Assembly: GCA_964035545.1 (NCBI GenBank)
Contig: OZ037765.1
Span: 33,851,504-33,915,503 of the forward strand
Reading direction: 5' to 3'
DNA length: 64,000 nucleotides
Origin: Bugula neritina
Lineage: Eukaryota; Animalia; Bryozoa
Below, piece by piece: positions 1 to 12,005 of the stretch; positions within the stretch are counted from its first letter, which is position 1, and every line of letters begins with the position of its first letter. The position numbers and the translations under genes were made by a program. The notes below the pieces were generated by a model that saw only the letters and a program-made list of their open reading frames with translations, was not told the origin of the DNA and searched no databases.

Positions 1-36
1 CATTACCTTTTTGTTGCAATTTTATTAGTTTATTAC

Positions 37-259
37 CTCCACTGCATGTTTCCAGTATAACAACTTTTGGTTTGCCAGCCATTCCTGTGAAATTCAAAGG
101 GGTCAGAAGGTCATACACATCTGTTAGTTTGACTCGTTTCAGGTCTGTGCCATAGATGTGATTGTTCAGCCCTCCATGAGTCATGATAACCAACACATGA
201 CATCCCAGATCTGTGTGTTCTTCTTTTTCCACCTCAGATTTTATGGTAGACGGTATTTC
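37..259 (-). CDS. Copy A caspase p20 catalytic exon
   Basis: Reads EIPSTIKSEVEKEEHTDLGCHVLVIMTHGG...GKPKVVILETCSG; His and Cys motifs of peptidase C14. Confidence 0.9.
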
Positions 260-3200
260 CTACATTTGTTTGACATGATGTGACGCAATTTTTATTAGAG
301 CAGTTTTTGACAATTAATTAAAGCTGTCAAAAATTATTTTTAGATTAAATATGATCATTTTCATCTATTCAACAAAACTGAAGTATCAAACATAAAAAGT
401 AAAAGACCGATGAAGTTAATTTTGTTTTCAATATTTTTAAAATAAAATACCTCAGCCTTCAAGTCTGTGTGTGTCACAATATCAAACTTGAGAGATTTCA
501 ACATGGCAGACATATTCTCAACATCTACATCTGAACCTTTTCTACACAAATCTGGTCTCTTATCAAAGTTCATGTTGTTTATTATCAAAGCTCTTCCTCT
601 TTTTCTGGTCATAGTAAACACCTGAACAGAATATATAACTAGCTACATGTTATATTGACATAGAGGTCATGCAATGCATCTAAACTTGTTGAGTAACAAT
701 CTGATATTCTAATAACTAGAAACAATGTTTTGAAGTAATTTATTTTACCGTTATTAAACACATGTAATGATTACCCATAGTACATTATAGTACAATTTCT
801 TCTTCCTGTATACTATCCAACACATTTTATACATGAAATGAAGAATAATATCTACAACTTTGTCAAATGGGAGAATTATTAAATATTAGCATTAGATATG
901 TAATCACCTTGTCAGTGTTTGAGAACAGCTGCTTTATCTTTGAGTTACTGGTGGGATTCAGTCTGAGTCTTATAAACTTCATCTTTTCAACTTCCTTTCT
1001 ATCAGGGTAGAGATTCTCATCCTCATCAGAGAGATCACTGAGATCTTCATTGGCTATTGCAGAAGTTGTTCCATGATCTGATTGGCTACTGTTTGCAACT
1101 GCAAAGTATAAACATACTGCATTACAAAGGAAAACAAAAGAAACAAGAAATAGCAGACACAGTTTTCTTCTATTGAGGAATAAATATAATTGAAACAGAA
1201 ACTCAATATATTTTAGTTACCAGGTAGAGCTGAGATTTTCTGAGCCCTTCTAACTTTCAGATCTTTTACAAATTCTGTTAACATACAGATTTCTCTGTCC
1301 GACAATGTCTGACCTATACATAACATATTTTTAAATACTTGTAAGTCTCATATTATTGTGGTTCCTTCAAATGATCAAGGGAACACAAAAGTGTGTTACA
1401 TTCGGTGACAATTTGCCCAACACTCATGCAAGAAGAATATAAAATTTTCAAGCCACCAGACATTGATGTAAGTAAACATACATGGGTATAAAAGTGCACT
1501 TGGAATCTCCTCATTGTTGCACAACGTCATTGAAGATCCGCTACACAGTCTGGTACCTGGTGTGAGATGTTTCATGGAACGAAGACACCACGGAGGATTC
1601 AGCACTTTCTTAGGACAAGGAAGTCCTAGCAGAAGGCAGTGAGCGCAGTAGCATGTAGTGACTGGTCTACTTGCTTTCCAAGTTTCTAGAACATGTCTAA
1701 GGATGTTGTTGTTGGTGGTGATGAGTCTCCCCCACATTCTGCTGATGTTGACAGCATTAGATGACACGTAGAGTGACACTTTTCTAGATTTGTAGTCGTG
1801 TACCAGCTGTGTGTAGATACCATCTTGATAGACATTGGCGCCATTTTTCTTCACTTTAACCACAGCAAATTCATCAGGAAAAGACTCCAACAAACCAACT
1901 GTCATTTGGTGGTAGACATAGTGTGGCAGGGCTAGACCATTGAATTTAGTTTCAACTCGAAGAAGCATATTCTTTGGCGAGGAGTAAGAGGTATCGAAGA
2001 GGTCATTAGCAAACTGAGGAACAATAAAACAGGGCTCCTTGGAATCAGCAGGTAAAGGACCATATAACAAACGGAAGGTTTGAAGCAAGCACACAGCAAC
2101 TTCTACGTCTTCCAAACTGGTAAATGATGTTTCTTGTTTAACCAGATGAATGAGAAGGCATTGCATCATCAAACCAGTGTCGGTGAAATGATTAACGAAT
2201 CTCTCAAAGTCCTCTTTTTCAACAGGCATCCCATTCTTTGAAAAATATGGCTGGAACTTGTCAATTCTACTCTGCCAGATATTAGGATCATGATGATACA
2301 AGACACAGAGAAGTTTGGTAATTTCTGAAATTTTTTGGAATATGTATGGCCTGAGAGAGCTGATATCTTTATACCACAAGACTTTGCCGCAGTCATGCAT
2401 GTATGTGAGGATTACGTCCAGTTGATTTGACTCAATGTGTCGAAGTTCTGTTTGTAAATGTTTCAGTATCTCATCGAAGGTGCTGTAAACAGAGGGAATA
2501 GACAGCACTTTTTCATTTACTTCTTCCCAAACCAGAGGTAAAGGTTTTACAAAATTTTGACTGCTTTGAAGAAGAGACTCTTTGATCAGGTCAAACACTT
2601 CATACTGATCATCTTTCCCCACCTCATAAATGTCCTCACCAGAAAAAACTCCTTCAGTTGATTCACTGAAATGTTTGATTTGAGCAAACTCTCCACCCAA
2701 TGCTTTCTCTTCCCTGATCATCTCTTCACACAGTTGATTGGAAGTTTTAAGAAAAACTCTTTGAAGCTTTTGGAACTCTGTACTTTGAAACTTATCTTTA
2801 TGTGTGAAGATAAGTTTTGGAGCACCAAGAGTTGGGTTAGCCAGATAGAGGTGAGACATGTAATCAAAGGCTAATCTTCTAACAGCTTCTCTGTGTGTTG
2901 ATTCTCTTGAAATCTCATCATACTGCTCCATGTTGACTACTATGACTGGAATACAGTTCTGTCTCAGTGTCAGTTGATAGGTGATATGGTAGACCTCCTG
3001 GCCTCCCATATCAATGACACGGAGTACTGTACCATCCACCTCCACCTCTTCAACATTAAACACCTTTGTTGTCTCATCTCTCACAGCATCTGGCCTTCTG
3101 TTGGTCAGAACTCTCTTTCTGTCAGCATTCTGTAATGTTCTGATCAGACTGGTCTTCCCAGCCATCGTATTACCCAGCACAGCTATAGTAGCAAATGGAA

Positions 3201-6200
3201 GACTTCTACCAGCACCTCTAGCCAAGTCTGTGTAGTATTGTGTCACAGCATCTACTCCTCTCTCACATACTTCTAGTGGAGGAGATGTGAGAGCATTACA
3301 ATTTTTAACATCCAGTGTACAAAGTTGAGTTAGTTGTAATATCTCAGGATCTAAGGATGTCAGGGAGTAGTTGGAGGATATATCCAGTTTCTGCAGACTA
3401 CTCAGTGTGTACACAGGAGATGGTAAACTGGTAAAGTTATTTGATGATATGTGCAGCTCCTCTAATTTCTGCAGACTCTGCATGCTGAGAGAAATACAAA
3501 TACTGTTTTGGTATGAAAATAAATAATATAATTCTATAATATACTCTCTAATATATACCATTATAATGAATATATAAAATGCTCTCGATTACCATTATAA
3601 TGAATATTTAGGATTCTGCTATTATATTTATAGCTTTTTGTATAGATTTTATAGCTGTTAGGAGTTATACTCCCAGGTATTTGATGTAAGTTGGAGCAAG
3701 TAAATGATACAATGCATCACACAGTAACTATGGATTGACTGCCATTATGATATATCTCAGTATATCATTATATATATAAAAATAATATATAATATATATA
3801 TATATCTATATTATAATAATATATTATATATTATATATATATATTTATATATATAAAAATATATATATATATTTATATATATATACATATATATAAATAT
3901 ATATTTATATATATATTATAATATTATATACTATTATATATTATATTATTATATTATACCTTATATTATATACTTTTATACATTATATTATATATATAAT
4001 AATACTATATACAATATATATATATATTTATATATATAAATATATTGTAATATTATATATAATATATATATATATTCATATATATATATATATGTATATA
4101 GATATATATATATATATTAATATATATATTATAATAATATATTATATACTACTGTATATTATAATATTATATATTTTATTATATTATATTATATATTATT
4201 ATATATTATTATATCATATATTATATATTATATTATTTATATATGATATATATATAATAATAATATAAATAATATATATATATTATATATATTATATATA
4301 TATATATATTATTAATGCCAAATATTTACTACAAATTTCAAAAATAACATAAATTAAGTAGTATTACTATGCCTATTTGCATCCAATTTACTAGTCTTAA
4401 ATTTATAGCAACTGTAACGTATTTCGTGTAAAATGGTTATTGCAAGCATTATTTAATTCATATTCACATTGTAATCACAGCAAAGCTTAAACTTTATAGC
4501 TTTGTATTCACATGAATGAGTGAGTTTTAATTTTTCTTTTAATTTTATGTGCATTGAAAATGTGTTTAAAAACTTCACTAATAAACAAAACTAAAAAAAA
4601 TGTACACATAAAATAGAAAAAAATAAAATAACAAAAGTGGCAAAATATTTCCTTCATAAGACTTCCTAAAGTCAACACCCCTAACGTATACCACTCTGCT
4701 TCATCACTGGTTATAACTGGTGAAGAGTAGAAGCTAACTGTTGTTGCAGCAACATCACATAACTGTAGTTGTAATGCTGCTACACTTATCCTCACTGAAC
4801 AGTGATTATTAGTTTTTAGACGCTACAATTTATTTATTTTGGTACAATGTATATTCTATATGTGCAATTTATTTGAATATTATTGAAATGTATGTATATT
4901 TAAACAAACTTGAATCAGTTGTTCCTTATTTAGCACATAAATAAATTCATTTTATCTGCATTAACTTATTAATTTTGCATTTTCCATACTTCTTGTTGTT
5001 GAAAAAATATTTTGTTAATAGCTAGTCATTAAAAATACTGCCTATTATTAACTTTTTACAGTTTTTTGACCCACACGAATCTGTGAAAAGTGGGCTAGTA
5101 TTTCAAATACTTCATATTGGCTATTATAGGAACGCCTGATGTGGCCCTCCAGCCGCCATTTGCCCATCTCTGTTCTATACTATAATATATTACACACCTG
5201 TTTGGCAGAGCTGACAGTTCACAGCTCTCCATGTTCAACTCTCTCAATGATAGTAAGGATGTGAATATATTGTCAAGTAGATCTTCAGATAGGATATTCT
5301 CTGATATATCCAATACCTCAAGATTCTTCAGTGAAGATATGCTGTAGCATAACATACAGGTATAGAAACACTCTGTAGCTCATAAGTACAAAGTGTGATA
5401 ACAGAGTTTTAGAATATTATTATGACTCAGTATTTCTACCATCTAATCTCTAGACAGCCTGCTGTTATAATCTATTAAATCCCACTCCACACTAAATAGT
5501 AGCTAGCAGTATGAATAGTCATTAAATACTAACTAGCAGTATGAATAGTCACTAAATATTAGCTAGCAGTATGAATAGTCACTAAATACTAGCTAACAGT
5601 ATGAATAGTCACTAAATACTAGCTAGCAGTATGAATAGTCACTAAATACTAGCTAGCAGTATGAATAGTTACTAAATACTAGCTAGCAGTATGAATAGTC
5701 ACTAAATACTAGCTAACAGTATGAATAGTCACTAAATACTAGCTAGCAGTATGAATAGTCACTAAATACTAGCTAGCAGTATGAATAGTTACTAAATACT
5801 AGCTAGCAGTATGAATAGTCACTAAATACTAGCTAACAGTATGAATAGTCACTAAATACTAGCTAGCAGTATGAATAGTCACTAAATACTAGCTAGCAGT
5901 ATGAATAGTCACTAAGTACTAGCTAGCAGTATGAATAGTCACTAAATACTAGCTAGCAGTATGAATAGTCACTAAATACTAGCTAGCAGTATGAATAGGT
6001 GGGAGTACTCTGTGTAGTGTATATTTCCCTCACTTGTTTACCATGATCAGCTATTATATATACTACAGTATCATTCTACACTATGATATAATACACACCT
6101 GTTTGGTAGAGTTGGTAGTTTACAGTCACTCATGTGCAACTCTCTCAATGATAGTAAGGATGTGAATATATTGTCAGGTAGACCTTCAGATAGGTTATTA

Positions 6201-9200
6201 TATGACATATGCAATACCTCAAGATTCTTCAGTGAAGATATGCTGTAACATAACATACAGGTATAGAAACACTCTGTAGCTCATAAGTACAAAGTGTGAT
6301 AACAGAGTTTTAGAATATTATTATGACTCAGTATTTCTACCATCTAATCTCTAGACAGCCTGCTGTTATAATCTATTAAATCCCACTCCACACTAAATAG
6401 TAGCTAGCAGTATGAATAGTCACTAAATACTAGCTAACAGTATGAATAGTCACTAAATACTAGCTAGCAGTATGAATAGTCACTAAATACTAGCTAGCAG
6501 TATGAATAGTTACTAAATACTAGCTAGCAGTATGAATAGTCACTAAATACTAGCTAACAGTATGAATAGTCACTAAATACTAGCTAGCAGTATGAATAGT
6601 CACTAAATACTAGCTAGCAGTATGAATAGTCACTAAATACTAGCTAACAGTATGAATCGTCACTAAATACTAGTTAACAGTATGAATAGTCACTAAATAC
6701 TAGCTAGCAGTATGAATAGTTACTAAATACTAGCTAGCAGTATGAATAGTCACTAAATACTAGCTAACAGTATGAATAGTCACTAAATACTAGCTAACAG
6801 TATGAATAGTCACTAAATACTAGCTAACAGTATGAATAGTCACTAAATACTAGCTAGCAGTATGAATAGTCACTAACTACTAGCTAACAGTATGAATCGT
6901 CACTAAATACTAGCTAACAGTATGAATAGTCGCTAAATACTAGCTAGCAGTATGAATAGTTACTAAATACTAGCTAGCAGTATGAATAGTCACTAAATAC
7001 TAGCTAGCAGTATGAATAGTCACTAAATACTAGCTAGCAGTATGAATAGTCACTAAATACTAGCTAACAGTATGAATAGTCACTAAATACTAGCTAACAG
7101 TATGAATAGTCACTAAATACTAGCTAGCAGTATGAATAGTCACTAAGTACTAGCTAGCAGTATGAATAGTCACTAAGTACTAGCTAGCAGTATGAATAAT
7201 CACTAAATACTAGCTAGCAGTATGAATAGTCACTAAATACTAGCTAACAGTATGAATAGGTGGGAGTACTCTGTGTAGTGTATATTCCCCTCACTTGTTT
7301 ACCATGAGATATTATATATATTGCAGTATCATTCTACACTATGATATAATACACACCTGTTTGGTAGAGTTGACAGTTCACAGTAACTCATGTTCAACTC
7401 TCTCAATGATGGTAAGGATGTGAATATATTGTCAGGTAGACCTTCAGATAGGTTATTCCCTGATATATTCAATACCTCAAGATTCTTCAGTGAAGATATG
7501 CTGTAACATAACATACAGATATAGAAACACTCTGTAGTTCATACATACAAAGTGTGATAACAGAGTTTTAGAATATTATTATGACTCTGTATTTCTATCA
7601 TCTAACCTCTAGACAACCTTGGGCATAGCAGTTGTATTATGATGAGTGACAATTAAGGAAAAGCTATTATAATGAAAGAGTAGAAAAATCTTTTAAACCC
7701 AAACCCCAAACCTCAAACCCCTACCTCAATAACCCTTATTTATTGAAAATATAGGCAATTTGTTACTTACTTTACCATTTGTGTCATTATTACCGGTGCC
7801 ATTATTACCGGTGCCATTATTACCGGTGCCATTATTACCGGTGCCATTTTTACCAGGCACTGTATACACTATATTACCATACTCATACAGTTTAATTTCC
7901 TTGCTGAATATCGCTATGGGGGTGTTAAAAAGACCACACTTTTATTTAGCCATGTTACAGAGAGAACTTTGACTACTATAAATAACTCTAAATAAGTCAC
8001 TCTGTCTACCAGAAGAAGAAGTATATAATTCCATCACAGTATTAACTTATATCAGTTACAGAACAGTATATCTACACCAGATGTTGCAGGTTTGGAGAAA
8101 TAACCTCCAGATATTGTGAGCTGCCAAACTCTTACTACTTCCTTCAAGATTGCAAATAATATTATAAAAACTGAGTGCCCATATAGCAAATTATTATTTC
8201 ACAATTTGTACCCTCAGCATACAAAGCTGGAGTAGTGACTGTATTTTAGAAAGTTAACATGACTCTGTATTTCTGGCATCTAACCTTTAGACAACCTTGA
8301 GTATAACAGTAGTATAGGTAATTGTGGTATGACAGTGTGGGTTAGATTAGAGAGAAGATAATTCTAATATACAAAAGTAGTAGTTTCTTATATAGCCTAA
8401 ATACTAGCAAGTCATAGACTGAGAACTAAACAGACAAGAATATCAGTCAGTAAGAATGACTGAGTTACCAATAAGGTAGTATATATATATGATGCTATGA
8501 TAAATTGATTATGGGATATTATATATATTACAGTATCATTCTACACTATAATATATTACACACCTGTTTGGTAGAGTTGACAGTTTACAGCCCCACATGT
8601 ACAACTTTCTCAATGATAGTAAGGATGTGAATATATTGTCAGGTAGACCTTCAGATAGGTTATTATCTGATATATTCAATACCTCAAGATTCTTCAGTGA
8701 AGATATGCTGTAACATAACATACAGGTATAGAAACACTCTGTAGCTCATACATACAAAGTGTGATAACAGAGTTTTAGAATAATAAATATTATGAGTCTG
8801 CATTTCTGCTGTCTAACCTCAAGACGACCTTGGTCATAGCATTTTATGTTGTGTTAGTTGCAGTTATTATATCTATGCTGTAGAGACTACACTCAGTTGA
8901 GGGCTACAAACTACATCTTATATATATACAGAATATGACATCATACAGTTGCCATACATCATATGATTCATGCAGTAATAACAAACAACTCTATTGCACG
9001 CAGTAAACATTCAAAACATTACATGGCAGTTGTATAATGAGTAACAATGAGGAGATAACTACTATGATGAAGAAGTAAAAAGCACACTTTATATATAACC
9101 TAGGAACTAGTAAATCATAGACTGAGAATAAACACAGTCAGGTAGCAGTGACTGAAAGAGTAATTAGTAAATGTTGGAATAAGTTTTGTTACAGTTTGGT

Positions 9201-12005
9201 TTGAGCTGCAGAGTCCCTATGGCAGGGGTGGACAACAGGGGCTCCCTAGGGCCACTTGTGGCTCTTTGCCCACTTTTAGTGGCCCTTTTAATGCTCAAGA
9301 TAAGTAATAACTGTCATTTTTATTCTGATTAGCACAGCATAGGTTTGGTGACAAATTACTTTATTATAATAAAGTTTATTATGTGTACAATCATGTGGCC
9401 CTTCGCTTTGGCTGACGTCTGAACTTGGCCCTCGAGCAAAATAAGTTGCCCACCCTTGTCCTATGACATGACAGTAGTATGAGAGACAGTGTAGGTTAGA
9501 TTAGAGAAAATATAACTTTAATAAACATAGAAAGTAGTTTACTATATTATATCCTAAATACTAGCAAACTGTAGCCTGAGCACTGAATAAGTTGAAAGGC
9601 TATAGTTGTGTTTTAATATAATTTTGAATAGTCTTGACTCTAGAGCAATGAAAGACCATGATATTCAACTTGAGAGTAAAAATGTAGCGAGTACATTATA
9701 ATACAACAACTACTTATTGGTAAAACTCTGAATAAGTTCAAGTCTCAACAGACCATCCTCACTAGAGTGTAACTGTAGAAACCTTTGCTATGTATGCAGA
9801 CAGTTACTGAGTTACTGTTGAGATATTATATATATGACAGTATCATTCTACACTATAATATAATACACACCTGTTTGGTAGAGTTGACAGTTTACAGTTC
9901 CACATGTACAACTTTCTCAATGATAGTAAGGATGTGAATATATTGTCAGGTAGACCTTCAGATAGGATATTATATGATATATCCAATATCTCAAGATTCT
10001 TCAGTGAAGATATGCTGTAACATAACATACAGGTATACAAACACTCTGTAGCTCATACATACAAAGTGTAATAACAGAGTTTTATAATATTGTTATGACT
10101 CTGTATTTCTACCACCTAACCTGTAGACAACCCGCTGTTATAATATATTAAATCTCACTCTACAATAAATACTAGCTAACAGTATGAATAGTCACTAAAT
10201 ACTAGCTAACAGTATGAATAGTCACTAAATACTAGCTAGCAGTATGAATAGTCACTAAATACTAGCTAGCAGTATGAATAGTCACTAAATACTAGCTAGC
10301 AGTATGAATAGTCACTAAATACTAGCTAGCAGTATGAATAATCACTAAATACTAGCTAGCAGTATGAATAGTCACTAAATACTAGCTAGCAGTATGAATA
10401 GTCACTAAATACTAGCTAGCAGTATGAATAATCACTAAATACTAGCTAGCAGTATGAATAGTCACTAAATACTAGCTAGCAGTATATATGAATAGTCACT
10501 AAATACTAGCTAGCAGTATGAATAGTCATTAAATACTAGCTAGCAGTATGAATAGTCACTAAATACTAGCTAGCAGTATGAATAGTCACTAAATACTAGC
10601 TAGCAGTATGAATAGTCACTGAATACTAGCTAGCAGTATGAATATAGTCACTAAATACTAGCTAGCAGTATGAATAGTCACTAAATACTAGCTAGCAGTA
10701 TAAATAGTCACTAAATACTTATAGCTAGCAGTATGAATATAGTCACTAAATACTAGCTAGCAGTATGCTACATGGATGTGTTAAATCAGAACCTGTGATA
10801 CTTAATAATATGACCATAATGTAATACTACCATAACAATATAGTACCTGGTCCAGTCAGCATTACTGTCTACTTTAGATACCCTCAGATGTGTGAGATGA
10901 GGAAACAGTTTGTTGATATTTGGAGGAATGTTATTCTCCAGTCTAACATGAGTCACTGTATGATGTCTATTTATATCATTGATCTCTTCTATAGTGTAGG
11001 ATGTAGTATCATTCTTCATCCACTCATCACCAGCTCCATCTATACTGGATGTGTTGAACCACACTTCGTACTTCTCTACAAAATATGCACCACTTTATAA
11101 ATAATAACTTTGATATCAAATGATAGAGTGTCTCAACACTATATAAACAGTATTGAATTAAACATGGAGAGTTCACAACTCCAAACTACATACTAACTTC
11201 AGTTGTTATATCAAAGGAGCAGACTGATAATATAATACATATGACTCAGTATAGTCTTCAAACACCTTCTAATATTCTCTATAATATATAATAGTAACTG
11301 GAAGTCACTTGTATCTCTAGACTCAGCACCAGCAAAGTATGTACAGAACACCTTGATTCTAGTATCTGTAATACTAGTTATATTCTCTTCTATATATAAA
11401 AGTAGTAAAAATCTAGTAATATCTGTAATACTAGTTATATTCCCTTCTATAGAAATAGAGAAAGTTATATCAAGAACAACAAGAAAAATCTAGTAGTAAC
11501 TTGATGCATATAACAGCATCATCTGTTTGGCTGAAAACACCAACCAATGGGGACTGACTAAACAAATACTCACATCATAGGCCCCTACAAGTGGTTTGAC
11601 ATGAGGCCATACAAAGTAGCTGTGTTATACAAAATGTAATAATGGTCACAGAATATCTATTCATGTAATTTACTATAACTTCTCCCAGACTCACCTGGTG
11701 ACTGAGTTAGAGGTGGAGTCACAAATTGAGTTGGAGGCGGAGTTACAGGCTGACATACATTAAGATTAATATATCCCGTGAGAAATGCTCTGAAGATCTG
11801 TATTTGATATTTGCTTACCTTCCACAGTTGAAGTTGAGGATGGAGCTCGAGGCGGAGTCACAGACTGAGCTGGAGGCGGAGTCACAGACTGAGCTGGAGG
11901 CGGAGTCACAGACTGAGATGGAGGCGGAGTCACAGACTGAGATGGAGGCGGAGTCACAGACTGAGCTGGAGGCGGAGTCACAGACTGAGCCTCTGAATCA
12001 CTCAT
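37..12005 (-). CDS. LRR-ROC-COR-caspase (ROCO-caspase) gene, copy A; 3' end (caspase p10 exons) lies outside the window
   Basis: Predicted exons in transcript order: 12005-11819, 11075-10847, 10014-9871, 8707-8564, 7500-7357, 6242-6099, 5341-5198, 3484-1482, 1313-1221, 1098-908, 621-451, 259-37. All are bounded by AG/GT with compatible phases and are collinear with copy B. Confidence 0.88.
451..621 (-). CDS. Copy A caspase p20 first exon
   Basis: VFTMTRKRGRALIINNMNF...RKGSDVDVENM matches the caspase N-terminal consensus; 171 bp, phase 0-0. Confidence 0.9.
908..1098 (-). CDS. Copy A acidic linker exon
   Basis: cag|TTGCA...AAG|gt, open frame VANSSQSD...EDLSDLSDEDE...NTDK; same as B 32422-32612. 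Confidence 0.8.
1221..1313 (-). CDS. Copy A post-COR linker exon
   Basis: 93 bp, phase 1-1, CQTLSDREICMLTEFVKDLKVRRAQKISALP. Confidence 0.78.
1482..3484 (-). CDS. Copy A LRR-ROC-COR exon (MFHAS1/MASL1-like ROCO core)
   Basis: 2003-bp exon inside ORF 1396..3561: three LRRs, P-loop GNTMAGKTSL, G3 DMGGQ, G4 THKD, then a COR-like region. Confidence 0.92.
3775..5172. mobile_element. Right half of the hAT-type non-autonomous element that is intact at 36453-38994 (includes AT microsatellite ~3775-4315)
   Basis: Near-identical to ~37625-38994 and ends in TIR catttgcccatctctg; left TIR absent. Confidence 0.75.
5198..5341 (-). CDS. LRR cassette exon A5
   Basis: 144 bp, phase 2-2; LEVLDISENIL...LRELNMESCEL. 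Confidence 0.9.
5491..5998. repeat. 30-bp minisatellite (tagctagcagtatgaatagtcactaaatac), ~17 units
   Basis: Head-to-tail units with no spacers. Confidence 0.95.
6099..6242 (-). CDS. LRR cassette exon A4
   Basis: 144 bp, phase 2-2; LEVLHMSYNNL...LRELHMSDCKL. Confidence 0.9.
6392..7259. repeat. 30-bp minisatellite, ~29 units
   Basis: Same unit as 5491-5998. Confidence 0.95.
7357..7500 (-). CDS. LRR cassette exon A3
   Basis: 144 bp; LEVLNISGNNL...LRELNMSYCEL. Confidence 0.9.
7690..7862. repeat. Short interspersed element with 15-bp (ccattattaccggtg) core and aaaccc-type tract
   Basis: Related copies near 40975-41175, 44200-44320, 44560-44720, 61395-61590, 62860-63100 and expanded at 26585-27308; boundaries approximate. 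Confidence 0.6.
8564..8707 (-). CDS. LRR cassette exon A2
   Basis: 144 bp; LEVLNISDNNL...LRKLYMWGCKL. Confidence 0.9.
9223..9458. mobile_element. hAT-type MITE
   Basis: TIRs caggggtggacaac / gttgcccacccttg; degenerate 8-bp TSD ccctatgg / tcctatga. Confidence 0.65.
9871..10014 (-). CDS. LRR cassette exon A1
   Basis: 144 bp; LEILDISYNIL...LRKLYMWNCKL. Confidence 0.9.
10166..10767. repeat. 30-bp minisatellite, ~20 units
   Basis: Same unit, with a few 2-4 bp insertions. Confidence 0.95.
10847..11075 (-). CDS. Copy A LRR N-cap exon
   Basis: 229 bp, phase 1-2; ends in degenerate LRRs (VTHVRL...LFPHLTHLRVS); homologous to 46311-46539. Confidence 0.8.
11819..12005 (-). CDS. Copy A first coding exon with six QSVTPPP(A/S) octapeptide repeats (24-bp unit)
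   Basis: ATG at 12005 (MSDSEA, shared with B); donor gaag|gtaagc is phase 1 and matches the next exon. Confidence 0.7.

Noticed and set aside
5095-5355. Short MLCYSISS... ORFs as independent small LRR genes
   Set aside because: The MLCY start and RCV... tail are intron read-through; splice sites delimit 144-bp exons
5491-7259. 30-bp arrays as CRISPR
   Set aside because: Units are contiguous with no unique spacers, there are no cas genes, and the context is eukaryotic intron
11696-11750. Possible extra 55-bp Pro/Thr exon in copy A
   Set aside because: Would shift the frame given the flanking phases, and the donor is absent in copy B
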